A DNA stretch of 64,000 nt from Thermoplasmata archaeon. GTDB lineage: Archaea > Thermoplasmatota > Thermoplasmata > Thermoplasmatales > ARK-15. The stretch is taken from NCBI GenBank assembly GCA_038729465.1, contig JAVYRZ010000004.1:19860-83859 (forward strand), read 5' to 3'. This document shows positions 28,925-37,914 of this stretch, in pieces (position 1 is the first letter of the stretch; every line of letters starts with the position of its first letter). Under the pieces are notes generated by a model, which ran no database searches, was not told the origin of the DNA, and worked only from the letters and a program-made list of their open reading frames with translations. The translations under genes and the position numbers were made by a program.

Positions 28925-30403
28925 ATGTATGATTTTTATTATAGCAGGGGAAACAGGCTGAACAGGCAATTAAATAATGAATTTACAAAAAAACACACAC
29001 TTTTTTTAAATAGAGAATGGGAAGGATCTGGATTTTTATTAAAGTCTTCATACACCGAGAAAATAGGATACTTGCTAGAACCTTTTCTTTTTAAGATATA
29101 CGGTACCTATAAAGTCAGAATGCTGGTGTCCAGCTTTGATCAAAATGCTATATCGATACTGTTACTAATACCAGATTCAATTGCCAGAACTTTAAAAAAC
29201 AGTTATGTGAGAGTGAAAGGTACCATTGATGAATTATCAAATTACATAACTATTCCTGGTCGCTTTATTTTAATAAACGAGCTGGACCCTCTGAACTTGG
29301 ATACTGTATTTAAAGAGGTAAAACCGGCAATAGACGAGCACAGATTGCTCAACATGATAGATGAAAACGTGGATAAGAACAGCTCTCTATTAAACAGGTT
29401 CTTAAAGTTATTTTACATTAGCACGCCTTTATATTATAATAAAAGCGGCGGGATTGGAGCCTATTTTATAAATTACGAGCCTGGCACTTCTCGTTTTACG
29501 AATCTGGCATCGGTGCAGAACATCAAAGATTCTGTGAAAGACATCGAAGCAGTGATACATCCACTGTTCAGATCTGGAATAATATCTTATACGAACCAAT
29601 ATGATGAAAGTGAAAAAATAATCAAAAAATTTTCAATGCCCATCAAATATCAGCATAAGGCTGAAGATGAAACATCCAGAATATTAAGATCTAGAACTGA
29701 CTCTTTAGAGTTCACTTTTACTACCATAAAATCAGGAAATGTTAATGAGCTATCAGCTATGCAGAAAGATATTATCACCTACATAGACCAGCCGTTGCTG
29801 GTCTCGAATGAAGATTTGCAGTTTGAGCTCACTGAACTAAAAGAATATTCTTTAGATATCGGACACATGGCATTATTAAAACATTTTTCTAATGTTCAGA
29901 GCGAGTTAAGTGCAAAAGAGATATTTGAGATCCGGGCCAAAATGCTGTATAATATAGAGAAAAATATCCCTGAGATTAAAGAGTGCATGGAAAACAACGT
30001 ATTCTTCAATGATAGCGTTTATGGGGGATTGGGAGAGCAGGCAATACGCATGGTCAATTCCCTTAAAAGATACGGATTGGATAATATGGTCATAGAACAG
30101 ACTGTGTCTGCACATCTGACAGATATCCTGGACAGAATATATGAACAGTACAGGCCCCAGATAAAAAAAGAGCTAACTCACCTGAAAATCGAATCTAACA
30201 CGCAGAGAAAACAGAAAATAGCAATGAGGACCTTATCTGAATTAAACTGGTTTTTGCCAGACTGCTGGCAATATGATGACTTTGAAAAGCTGCTGTTTGA
30301 AAAGGATATGGAAAGCAGAGAAATTGAAAAAATTTTCAAGGCATTGAAAGAAAGCAAATTGATATACGAGACAAAAAAAGGATGCTTTAAAGCTATTCTG
30401 TGA
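28925..30403 (+). CDS. hypothetical protein, possible N-terminal OB-like fold and C-terminal winged-helix
   Basis: 492-aa uninterrupted ORF. VRVKGTIDELSNYITIPGRFILINEL looks like an OB-strand pattern. The C-terminal EIEKIFKALKESKLIYETKKGCFKAI looks like a wHTH. No P-loop is present. Confidence 0.45.
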   Translation: MYDFYYSRGNRLNRQLNNEFTKKHTLFLNREWEGSGFLLKSSYTEKIGYLLEPFLFKIYGTYKVRMLVSSFDQNAISILLLIPDSIARTLKNSYVRVKGTIDELSNYITIPGRFILINELDPLNLDTVFKEVKPAIDEHRLLNMIDENVDKNSSLLNRFLKLFYISTPLYYNKSGGIGAYFINYEPGTSRFTNLASVQNIKDSVKDIEAVIHPLFRSGIISYTNQYDESEKIIKKFSMPIKYQHKAEDETSRILRSRTDSLEFTFTTIKSGNVNELSAMQKDIITYIDQPLLVSNEDLQFELTELKEYSLDIGHMALLKHFSNVQSELSAKEIFEIRAKMLYNIEKNIPEIKECMENNVFFNDSVYGGLGEQAIRMVNSLKRYGLDNMVIEQTVSAHLTDILDRIYEQYRPQIKKELTHLKIESNTQRKQKIAMRTLSELNWFLPDCWQYDDFEKLLFEKDMESREIEKIFKALKESKLIYETKKGCFKAIL

Positions 30404-30695
30404 GCGTGAAGAGTTTGTGGTCTCCAGATACATCAAATAATCCAAGCCTAGCTCCGGCATCAAGCCATCCATACGCATAATTTATTGCTGCAAAAGAGTT
30501 CACATAGTCACCATGCTCATAAAAATATTTGGCATCTTTATAATAAGACCAGATCATGTTTAAAAAGTCATCCGAAACACGATTTAAATGTGATGGTTTC
30601 GGAGCAGTAACATTCACTTTTTCCAGCGCGGTCTTGGTAAGATCCAGATAATGCTCAAGTTTCTCTTTCTCTATTTTATTGTTCACCATGCTCAC
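30393..30695 (-). CDS. DUF357-family protein
   Basis: YYKDAKYFYEHGDYVNSFAAINYAYGWLDAGARLGLFDV matches the DUF357 signature as I recall it. It overlaps the upstream HerA-like gene by 4 nt. Confidence 0.6.
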   Translation of the reverse strand: MSMVNNKIEKEKLEHYLDLTKTALEKVNVTAPKPSHLNRVSDDFLNMIWSYYKDAKYFYEHGDYVNSFAAINYAYGWLDAGARLGLFDVSGDHKLFTLTE

Positions 30696-32164
30696 CCTAC
30701 AATATTAACACTTTCTCCACCATGTTTGCTCTGTCTAGGCCTTATCTCCACAAATAGCGGCATATTCAGGTTCCCTCCCATTACCAGCGCAACTCCTACC
30801 GGCAATCTCTGAATCTCTTCGAGCGATCCTCTGGTTAATCCTTCTACTGAGCTTCCGATCGCTTTTAGATCGTTCGGATTCGTGACCTTAAGTATGATCT
30901 GCGTATTGCACTGGCTCAACACATTTTTGTCTACTTTGGCAGGTCTCTGAGAGATCAGGCACAGACCAAGCCCGAACTTGCGTCCCTCTGAAGCAATGGT
31001 CCTCAATATTTTTGAAGAAAGTGCCTTGCCCTGTTGCGGCACAAAATTGTGACATTCTTCCACTACGAGCATTAACGGCGGAATCTTGTCTCTTTTTCTG
31101 AGCTCGAATAAGGCAAATGATAGTCTCTGTGTAACAAGCTCTTGTATGTCTGGAGGTACGCCCCTGAGATTTATGATCGATAGCTTTCCTTTTTGCACAA
31201 TCTCATCTATTTTCGTGCCTTTCTTCTCGAATATACCGATCTCGTTAAGATAAGTCAGCGCATTTACCAGCACATTCACTGTTGCAGACTCTTCTTCCTC
31301 TTCCAGAACACGGATTATGTCTTCTACGCCATACTCTATTTTAGAGAGTTTCAGGCGGTCTATAGCTTTTCGCAACGGTACAAGATAAGGTCTGTAATCT
31401 GCAAGGTTCATCAAAGTTAACAGCTCTCTAGAAGTCATCTGAAACAACGTAAACTTTAACGGTTTAGAGTCCCTGTTTACAGTTGTATCAGGGCTGAATA
31501 TCAGCAGGTCTGAATCAAATCCTTTGGGATCCAGATCATATTTTTTCAACTGCTCTGAGTTTTTAGAAGGACTTTTAATGCTGCTGTACTCTCCATGTGG
31601 ATCAATTACCACCGCCGTAACATTATGCTTTAAAAGCTCTTCAAGTATCACGCCCGTCAAGTAACTTTTTCCGCCGCCAGTCTTTGAGAGAATGCTCACA
31701 TGTTTTTGGATCAGGCTGTTTATATCCAAATATATCGGAATGTCATGATTGTAAAGTTTTCCAATAAAGGCGCCCGTCTTCTTGATCGCATCTATTCCTA
31801 TCACTTTTTTTATAACAGAATCCTGAGCTTTGTATACTTCGGCACCTGCAAAAAAAGGAGTTTTTGGATACTGCAATACCCCCGCATCATCCCTGTAGCC
31901 TATAATCGTTATAGTTCCTACTATCGTTTCCTGTATTGGCACCTTTTCACCATTGTTCATCTCCAGCGCTTTGACCGAGGATAAATCTGTTTTTCTCTCA
32001 ATAGTATCTATTCTCCCCAGTACCCATCCTACTGTCTGATGTTTAATCTGCACGTATTCTCCCTGATCTATGCTGGACACGACCGTAAACTGTACCTGTG
32101 TTGTGCCTACATCTCCATATATTATTCCTACTTTATCCATGCTTTTTTGCTCAAACAGATCCAT
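30692..32164 (-). CDS. HerA-like (DUF87) P-loop ATPase
   Basis: An N-terminal barrel-like region is followed by Walker A SKTGGGKSY, Walker B LMLVVEECHNF and the RKFGLGLCLISQRP block typical of HerA/FtsK-class ATPases. Confidence 0.75.
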   Translation of the reverse strand: MDLFEQKSMDKVGIIYGDVGTTQVQFTVVSSIDQGEYVQIKHQTVGWVLGRIDTIERKTDLSSVKALEMNNGEKVPIQETIVGTITIIGYRDDAGVLQYPKTPFFAGAEVYKAQDSVIKKVIGIDAIKKTGAFIGKLYNHDIPIYLDINSLIQKHVSILSKTGGGKSYLTGVILEELLKHNVTAVVIDPHGEYSSIKSPSKNSEQLKKYDLDPKGFDSDLLIFSPDTTVNRDSKPLKFTLFQMTSRELLTLMNLADYRPYLVPLRKAIDRLKLSKIEYGVEDIIRVLEEEEESATVNVLVNALTYLNEIGIFEKKGTKIDEIVQKGKLSIINLRGVPPDIQELVTQRLSFALFELRKRDKIPPLMLVVEECHNFVPQQGKALSSKILRTIASEGRKFGLGLCLISQRPAKVDKNVLSQCNTQIILKVTNPNDLKAIGSSVEGLTRGSLEEIQRLPVGVALVMGGNLNMPLFVEIRPRQSKHGGESVNIVG

Positions 32165-32249
32165 TTTTATTTGCTCCTTTATCTCATATTATGTTATTCT
32201 ATTTATTTCAATATTATATATTACATTTGCGATGAAACTATCATTTTTT

Positions 32250-33239
32250 TTATAGATAAGGAAATACTAAGAAAATGTATATTATAAAAAATATCAACCC
32301 GAACAACAGCGCATAAGATGGTATGCGCCCTTTGTTTATGTAGTACAGGTATATCAGGGATATGGTTGTAGTTGCTATAACACTTATGTATGCATAATAG
32401 TCAAGCAACCAAGGCACCAATAAAAGTGCCAGGCCAGGATAAAACGTCGAGTACAGAACCTTTTCTCCCACGAGCGAAGATATTGCAAAGTTATCTTTTC
32501 CTTTATATGCCCAGATCATTGCACTAAGCGTCTCGGGTATGGCAGTACCAACCGGAACCAGTATTATTGCAGTGGCAAGGGCGCTGAGCCCTGTGTTAAC
32601 AGATACCTGTTCAATGCTCTGCACCAGGATGCTAGATCCAAAATATATGCCCGCTATAGATAGAATAAGTTGCAAAATCAGTGCAAAGTTGGGTGCCAAA
32701 ACCCTGCTCAACATCAAAGTTCCAGTTTCTTCGACATGCTCTGCAGCTCTGTTCCTGTACATTAGCACCATATAATATCCATAACTTCCCAAAAACAATG
32801 CCGCAAAGAGGTATTTGAGTATTGATATATTGAAAAAGTAGGGAATAAGAATCAGTGGAAACAGTATTACAATAAAAGCGTATGGAATACGCAGAACTTT
32901 GTCGATCTTTAAATCTCTCTTCTTCCTTTTATTGAAAAACATGGCAATTATAATAGAGACAAAAACGAGTGTATAAGCGATGGTAGATGCCATAAAAGGC
33001 TCTCCCAATATGGTGCCTATGCCTATTTCATCGCCCGAGATGCCCCTGTATATGAACACCGCTATTACAAAAACAGTCAGCTCTGGAAAAGAGGTTATAA
33101 GAGGAGCTACGATTGCACCCGTGAAAGAATGCGACCATCTCATTTTTCTTGCGATATGCTCAATAGTGTTGGTAAACACTACAGTAGATATAAAAATAAG
33201 CACCAGTCCGGAAATCAATAAGAGAATAGTATCTTGCAA
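32250..33239 (-). CDS. Ca2+/cation antiporter (CaCA, Na+/Ca2+ exchanger family)
   Basis: 329 aa with about 10 TM segments. The two alpha-repeat-like motifs are ITSFPEL and GTAIPETLSA. Confidence 0.7.
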   Translation of the reverse strand: MQDTILLLISGLVLIFISTVVFTNTIEHIARKMRWSHSFTGAIVAPLITSFPELTVFVIAVFIYRGISGDEIGIGTILGEPFMASTIAYTLVFVSIIIAMFFNKRKKRDLKIDKVLRIPYAFIVILFPLILIPYFFNISILKYLFAALFLGSYGYYMVLMYRNRAAEHVEETGTLMLSRVLAPNFALILQLILSIAGIYFGSSILVQSIEQVSVNTGLSALATAIILVPVGTAIPETLSAMIWAYKGKDNFAISSLVGEKVLYSTFYPGLALLLVPWLLDYYAYISVIATTTISLIYLYYINKGRIPSYALLFGLIFFIIYIFLVFPYL

Positions 33240-33377
33240 ATATGATCACCATTATATATGCATGGATAGAGAAAAGAACATAATAAATATTTTTCATTAT
33301 AACATCATTTTTTTTAAAAACATTTATATGTTAGTTATGCTATATCTGACAATTAGCTGACATAAAAAGGTAATAAT

Positions 33378-34211
33378 ATGACAAACGTTGCGGTAGAGAA
33401 ATATAAAAATGCGTTACTAGGCGACAAAAAAAGTGAAAATACGGTTCGAGAGTATCTGAACATAGTTAAAAATTTCCTTGAATACACACAGAAAGATCCA
33501 GAAAAAGTTACCAGCGCAGACATAGAAAAATACAAAGTGTATATGGCAGTTGAAAAATACTATTCTAAAAACAGCATTTATACCGCAATAAAGGCTATTC
33601 AGTCTTTTTACAGATTCTTGAAGCTTGATACTGCAATGAACATTTCAGTGCCTAGAAGACCAAAACAGAACCCAAAGTATCTAACATTGAGCGAAACTGC
33701 CAGATTGCTTGAGGCCGCTAGACACGACCAGAGAGATTATGCAATTCTTACCATTCTGGCATATACTGGACTCAGAGTTAACGAATTATGCAACCTTAAA
33801 ATTTCGGACATTGACTTTGCAGAAAAAGTCATACATGTCCAGAACGGAAAAGGAGACAAGGACAGAATCGTAATCATGGAAGATAAGACACTGGAGGCTC
33901 TGAAAAAATACATATCAATCCGTACACCAGTAAAAGATTATCTTTTTACAAGCCAGAAAAAAACAAAAATCTCATCCGCTCATGTAGAAAGGCTTGTCAG
34001 AACATATGCTTCAAAATGCGGTATTACAAAGAAGGTAACTCCACATGTACTTAGACACACTTTTGCCACAACACTCCTTAGAAACGGTGCAGATATTAGG
34101 TTTATACAGCAGATACTAGGACATTCAAGCCTTGCAACAACACAGATTTATACTCATGTCGACGATCAGAGCCTGAAATATGCGTATGAAAAAGCAAAAC
34201 CTAACTACTAA
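33378..34211 (+). CDS. xerA: tyrosine recombinase XerA-like
   Basis: 277 aa with an N-terminal SAM-like core-binding domain. The catalytic region reads TGLRVNEL...HVLRHTFAT...GHSSLATTQIYTHV (R-H-R-Y signature). Confidence 0.85.
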   Translation: MTNVAVEKYKNALLGDKKSENTVREYLNIVKNFLEYTQKDPEKVTSADIEKYKVYMAVEKYYSKNSIYTAIKAIQSFYRFLKLDTAMNISVPRRPKQNPKYLTLSETARLLEAARHDQRDYAILTILAYTGLRVNELCNLKISDIDFAEKVIHVQNGKGDKDRIVIMEDKTLEALKKYISIRTPVKDYLFTSQKKTKISSAHVERLVRTYASKCGITKKVTPHVLRHTFATTLLRNGADIRFIQQILGHSSLATTQIYTHVDDQSLKYAYEKAKPNY

Positions 34212-34219
34212 TATATTTT

Positions 34220-34582
34220 TTATTTCTCGGATTCAAAGATCAAAGATATAGAATTTACGCAGTGTCTTACATTTTTTTCTGTGAAATTCTCACCTTCAAA
34301 AACATGTCCGAGATGCGCGCCACAGTTTGCACATTGAATTTCGGTTCGTATACCGTCAGGATCTGGCACTCTTTTAACCGCTCCAGGAATTTCAGCATCA
34401 AAACTGGGCCAGCCACATTCAGCATCAAATTTGCTATCCGACCTATACAATGGTGCTCCACATCTTCTGCATCTGTATATTCCCTTCCTAAAATTATTTT
34501 CGTACTCTCCAGAATATGGTGGTTCGGTTCCTTTGTATATAATTACTCTTTCTTCTGCAGGTGTTAATTTTCGATATCCCAT
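34220..34582 (-). CDS. msrB: peptide-methionine (R)-S-oxide reductase
   Basis: Zn-binding CRRCGAPLY and [12 protein letters not shown] are present, along with the catalytic region RHCVNS. Confidence 0.9.
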   Translation of the reverse strand: MGYRKLTPAEERVIIYKGTEPPYSGEYENNFRKGIYRCRRCGAPLYRSDSKFDAECGWPSFDAEIPGAVKRVPDPDGIRTEIQCANCGAHLGHVFEGENFTEKNVRHCVNSISLIFESEK

Positions 34583-34639
34583 GTTGTTTTACAATAGCGT
34601 TTATAATATATAATATTTATCCTGATCTCGATTATGTGA

Positions 34640-35090
34640 CATAAGTCCTTTTTACTCTCTCATCAAAAAAATGTTGTGATTTGTTCCTATGAATATTTGT
34701 GCTGTCGATATTCTATCTTCTCTTTTTTGACTTATGTCCCAGCCAAATTCTCTTTTATCTACTGAAAATCCTGCTTCTGAATTCTCTCTCTTGAATTATT
34801 CTTTTGGATATTTACACGGATCTTCCATTAAATAGTTGATCATCTCTTTTCTACTTCGACTGTATTGTTGCATTCTTCTTTGTTGTATCTTCTGAGTAAT
34901 CGTCTATTATTGACTGCCCTGAATAATACTGATCCAACCTCACACTGTTTATTTTTAAAACTAATGCTTTTAACATTATCATCGCTTTATTATACGCATC
35001 TCGCCCTGATTTCATGCTCGTTCCATATCCTACATACAGTTTTGTATCCAGATCCATGATCGCAAAAGGAGAAAGAGATCTTAAAGACAA
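34640..35090 (-). pseudogene. decayed DDE transposase, C-terminal half (IS4/IS5-type YREK signature)
   Basis: The 79-aa ORF (SPFAIMDLDTK...DQYYSGQS) is followed by a frame change and then ...KE*FKRENSEAGFSVDKREFGW. This is an x2-R-x3-E-x6-K signature with a TAA (34796-34798) exactly where the Tyr codon should be. The N-terminal half is missing. Confidence 0.55.
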
Positions 35091-35620
35091 TTTTAAAAAA
35101 ACTCTTTGATCTGATCTCAGAAAATACTAACTTATTATATTTGGATGAATGTCACTTCAACCAGCATGGCTCCAGATACAGAATATTGTTAACAGCAGAG
35201 GATAGAGATCCAGAAATATTACAAGAACATACAAGGAACAGTATCAGAGTATTTGGATCAGTAAATCCAAGAAATGGACAGTTCAGACAAAGATAACAAC
35301 CACTTATAACGCTATTACATTCAGAGATTATCTTATGGAAATATCTCCAAAAAATAAAGATATAGATAATACTAGATAATGCAAAGTATCATCATGCAAC
35401 ATCGCTAAACAAATTTCTTGAAAATAATAATGTAATACTTGAATATCTATCACCATATTTTCCAGAGCTTAATGCGATAGAAAGAGTATGGGAAGTTATA
35501 AGAAAACTAGAACATCAATATTTTCCGTCAATTTGTGATCTTGTATTAGGACTTAATGAACAATTCAGAAGTTTCAGCAAATCTAATGAGACTTTAAGAA
35601 AATTATGCAAAATTACTTAA
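35066..35620 (+). pseudogene. decayed IS630-family transposase, C-terminal DDE half
   Basis: The translation gives LYLDECHF...FGSVNPRNGQF, then an in-frame TAA at 35294-35296 and a frameshift near 35360-35372. It continues IILDNAKYHHA...YLSPYFPELNAIERVWEVIRK, the D, D, E blocks of IS630/Tc1-like transposases. The N-terminal HTH half is absent. Confidence 0.7.
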
Positions 35621-35672
35621 TGCGTTATGATAGAACCGTCCTTACAAATACCTTTTCTGTTTATTTTTAATA

Positions 35673-36173
35673 TTATTTCTCTATTCCTATCCTTGCCAAT
35701 ACTCCCTTACTATAGTAATGTTTTATCTCTTTCATTTCTGTTACAAGATCTGCTTTATCAATAACTTTTTCTGAAGCATATCTTCCAGTTAAAACCAGTT
35801 CTAGATTTGATGGTAATGTATTTAATACCTCTAAAAGATCATCAACATTTAGCAGCTTATAAAAAAGTGCAACGTTAATTTCGTCCAGTATTATTAAATC
35901 ATATTTTTTTGAATAAATTTTTTCAACCGCAAATTTAAACCCTTTTTCAGCCATTAAAAAGTCTGCTTCAGCGGGACTATCTATGACAAACCATGGATTT
36001 CCAAATTGATATACCTCAATTCCTAAAGCCTTAGCAGAGATTGTTTCTCCAGAGTCTTCATTTTTCAAAAATTGTACAACGCAAACTTTAAAACCTCTGC
36101 CTTTTGCTCGCATAGCCAATCCAAAAGCAGCTGTAGTCTTGCCTTTTCCATTACCACAATAAACATGTATCAT
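35673..36173 (-). CDS. cobA: ATP:cob(I)alamin adenosyltransferase (CobA/CobO/BtuR type)
   Basis: GNGKGKTTAAFGLAMRAKGRGFKVCVVQFLK, ILDEINVAL and LTGR match CobA-type adenosyltransferases. Length is 166 aa. Confidence 0.85.
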   Translation of the reverse strand: MIHVYCGNGKGKTTAAFGLAMRAKGRGFKVCVVQFLKNEDSGETISAKALGIEVYQFGNPWFVIDSPAEADFLMAEKGFKFAVEKIYSKKYDLIILDEINVALFYKLLNVDDLLEVLNTLPSNLELVLTGRYASEKVIDKADLVTEMKEIKHYYSKGVLARIGIEK

Positions 36174-36451
36174 ATAAGATCACATTAAAGTTTACTTTAA
36201 TAAAGTAATGTATACTTAACAACTATAAATATATTTTTAATTTTTTGAATGATTAATGGGCAGATCCACCTAAAAAATAGAGGCTTTTAAGAGAAAAATT
36301 GAATAATGCAAGAGTTATGCAACTTTAAGATACATCGGTTCATGATTTAGGCATCTTGTACATGAGTGTATAATTCATTATGTTTTTATTTAAAGGACCT
36401 TTGCCATAAGTTACAGTAAATTATTAATAGTAGCAACTGATTTTAGGGTCT

Positions 36452-37039
36452 ATGTTATCAATTAAAGCTGCCTTAGTTACTTTAATAATTGCTCTGTTTA
36501 TCGTGGTAAACATAGCTACATTTACTTCAGCCGCTGCACCGGTAAATATTGATACACCTTATTCTGTGACCTCTGTGAATAGCAATATTTCATATCCTAA
36601 TATTACAATTCATCTTATAAATGGAAAGACATATTCGCTCACTAGCTCGTATTGGAAAAATTACATAATGCCGTTTATTTTTTATGATAGACAAATTGCT
36701 AAGTTTAATTGGTCTACAACAAACGAGTCTAACTACATATTTTTTGACTATAGTTTAAGAGGCTTGAACCCCTTCGGTGCTGAATTTATTTTTGCACTGG
36801 AAAGATATAGCAATGTTACAAATGCTACTATTGTCGATGCTTTATTAGCTGTAAGACCTCTTCCGTCAGTTAATGCACCTTATACAAACGGACAAGCATT
36901 GGATCTTGGAATTTTACCAGGATTACCTTCAACTTCTCTAATTAAGAGCAGCAATATTTCACAGTATTATCCAGAGATTGTAATAATTTCGCTTATTGCC
37001 GTAGTGATAATATTGCACTATGTATTTAAAAAATTCTAG
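36452..37039 (+). CDS. hypothetical secreted / C-terminally anchored surface protein
   Basis: It has an N-terminal signal-like TM, a C-terminal TM followed by KKF, and several N-x-S/T sequons. The gene is very AT-rich and no family was recognised. Confidence 0.45.
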   Translation: MLSIKAALVTLIIALFIVVNIATFTSAAAPVNIDTPYSVTSVNSNISYPNITIHLINGKTYSLTSSYWKNYIMPFIFYDRQIAKFNWSTTNESNYIFFDYSLRGLNPFGAEFIFALERYSNVTNATIVDALLAVRPLPSVNAPYTNGQALDLGILPGLPSTSLIKSSNISQYYPEIVIISLIAVVIILHYVFKKF

Positions 37040-37132
37040 GAACAAACTATTTTAATTTTTTATATTTCTATTTATAAAATACAGAAAGGTTAATTATATA
37101 AAAATAATTAATTAAGATCAGGTGAAATTATA

Positions 37133-37387
37133 ATGAATATAGATGCGATTTTAATGGCTATAATATTGGTATTCGGTTCTCTTTTTTTAGTGCTGTCTGT
37201 TGCTTCATTTATTAGAGTTCGGTCAAAAATATTTATTTTTGCAATTATTTTATTTTCTATGTTTTTATTAAAGCCTATCATCTATTTTATATCTATTTTT
37301 GGTGCTATAAATCTACCGCTTTATTTATATGCACTTATTGATGTTTTAATACTTTTTATCTTGTATATGCTAATTGTTAAAAGGTGA
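37133..37387 (+). CDS. hypothetical small membrane protein (3 TM)
   Basis: 84 aa and almost entirely hydrophobic. Its stop overlaps the GTG start of the downstream wHTH gene (GTGA). Confidence 0.4.
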   Translation: MNIDAILMAIILVFGSLFLVLSVASFIRVRSKIFIFAIILFSMFLLKPIIYFISIFGAINLPLYLYALIDVLILFILYMLIVKR

Positions 37388-37911
37388 ATATAAAGTTGGG
37401 ATTTGAACTTGAATACCAGAGGAAAATTTACGAAACCATAGTTAACAATCCAGGCATACATTTTAGAGAATTGTCTAGAATTACAAATATACAGATAGGT
37501 GTGCTTGAATATCATTTACATAATCTTGAAAAATCTGAATTGATAGTATCTAAGATCGATGGAAAATATCGGAGATATTATGCTAGTAATACCCATTCTC
37601 CCGAAGAGAGATACATATTAGGGATATTAAGGCAGGATATACCAAGAAGAATAGTTATAATTTTACTTGAAAAAAAATTAGTTTCTGCTAAAGATATAAA
37701 TAAAGAACTAAAGCTTACTAATGCATCTTTAGCATATTATCTAAAAAAATTATTGAACTATAATATCATAGAGTATAAAATAGAAAATGATGAAAAACTC
37801 TATTTTTCCAAGTCTCCAGAGAAAATAGCAAATGTGCTTATTAGGTACAGGAGAACCTTTATAGACAAACTTATAGACTCTTTTGTAGATTTGTGGCTGT
37901 CAGATAAATAG
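37384..37911 (+). CDS. winged helix-turn-helix transcriptional regulator (ArsR-like)
   Basis: IYETIVNNPGIHFRELSRITNIQIGVLEYHLHNLEKSELIVSKIDGKYRRYY is a classic wHTH. A second helical domain follows. GTG start. Confidence 0.6.
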   Translation: MNIKLGFELEYQRKIYETIVNNPGIHFRELSRITNIQIGVLEYHLHNLEKSELIVSKIDGKYRRYYASNTHSPEERYILGILRQDIPRRIVIILLEKKLVSAKDINKELKLTNASLAYYLKKLLNYNIIEYKIENDEKLYFSKSPEKIANVLIRYRRTFIDKLIDSFVDLWLSDK

Positions 37912-37914
37912 TGC

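Noticed and set aside
28925-30403. The 492-aa protein as a degenerate MCM paralogue. ISTPLYY...INYEPGTSRF faintly resembles SIAPSIYG...GDPGTAKS.
   Set aside because: No Walker B (DExDK), arginine finger (SRFD) or sensor motifs are present, and the protein is about 200 aa too short. The resemblance may be coincidental, so it is reported only as an uncharacterised OB/wHTH protein.
30692-32164. The HerA-like ATPase as part of an anti-virus defence system.
   Set aside because: No nuclease, Sir2, TIR or other effector gene is adjacent. Its neighbours are DUF357 and a cation antiporter. The evidence for a defence call is insufficient.
33378-34211. The tyrosine recombinase as an integrase of an integrated virus or plasmid.
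   Set aside because: Its size (277 aa) and sequence fit chromosomal XerA. There is no adjacent tRNA att site, direct repeats or viral genes. The nearby IS relics are unrelated DDE elements.
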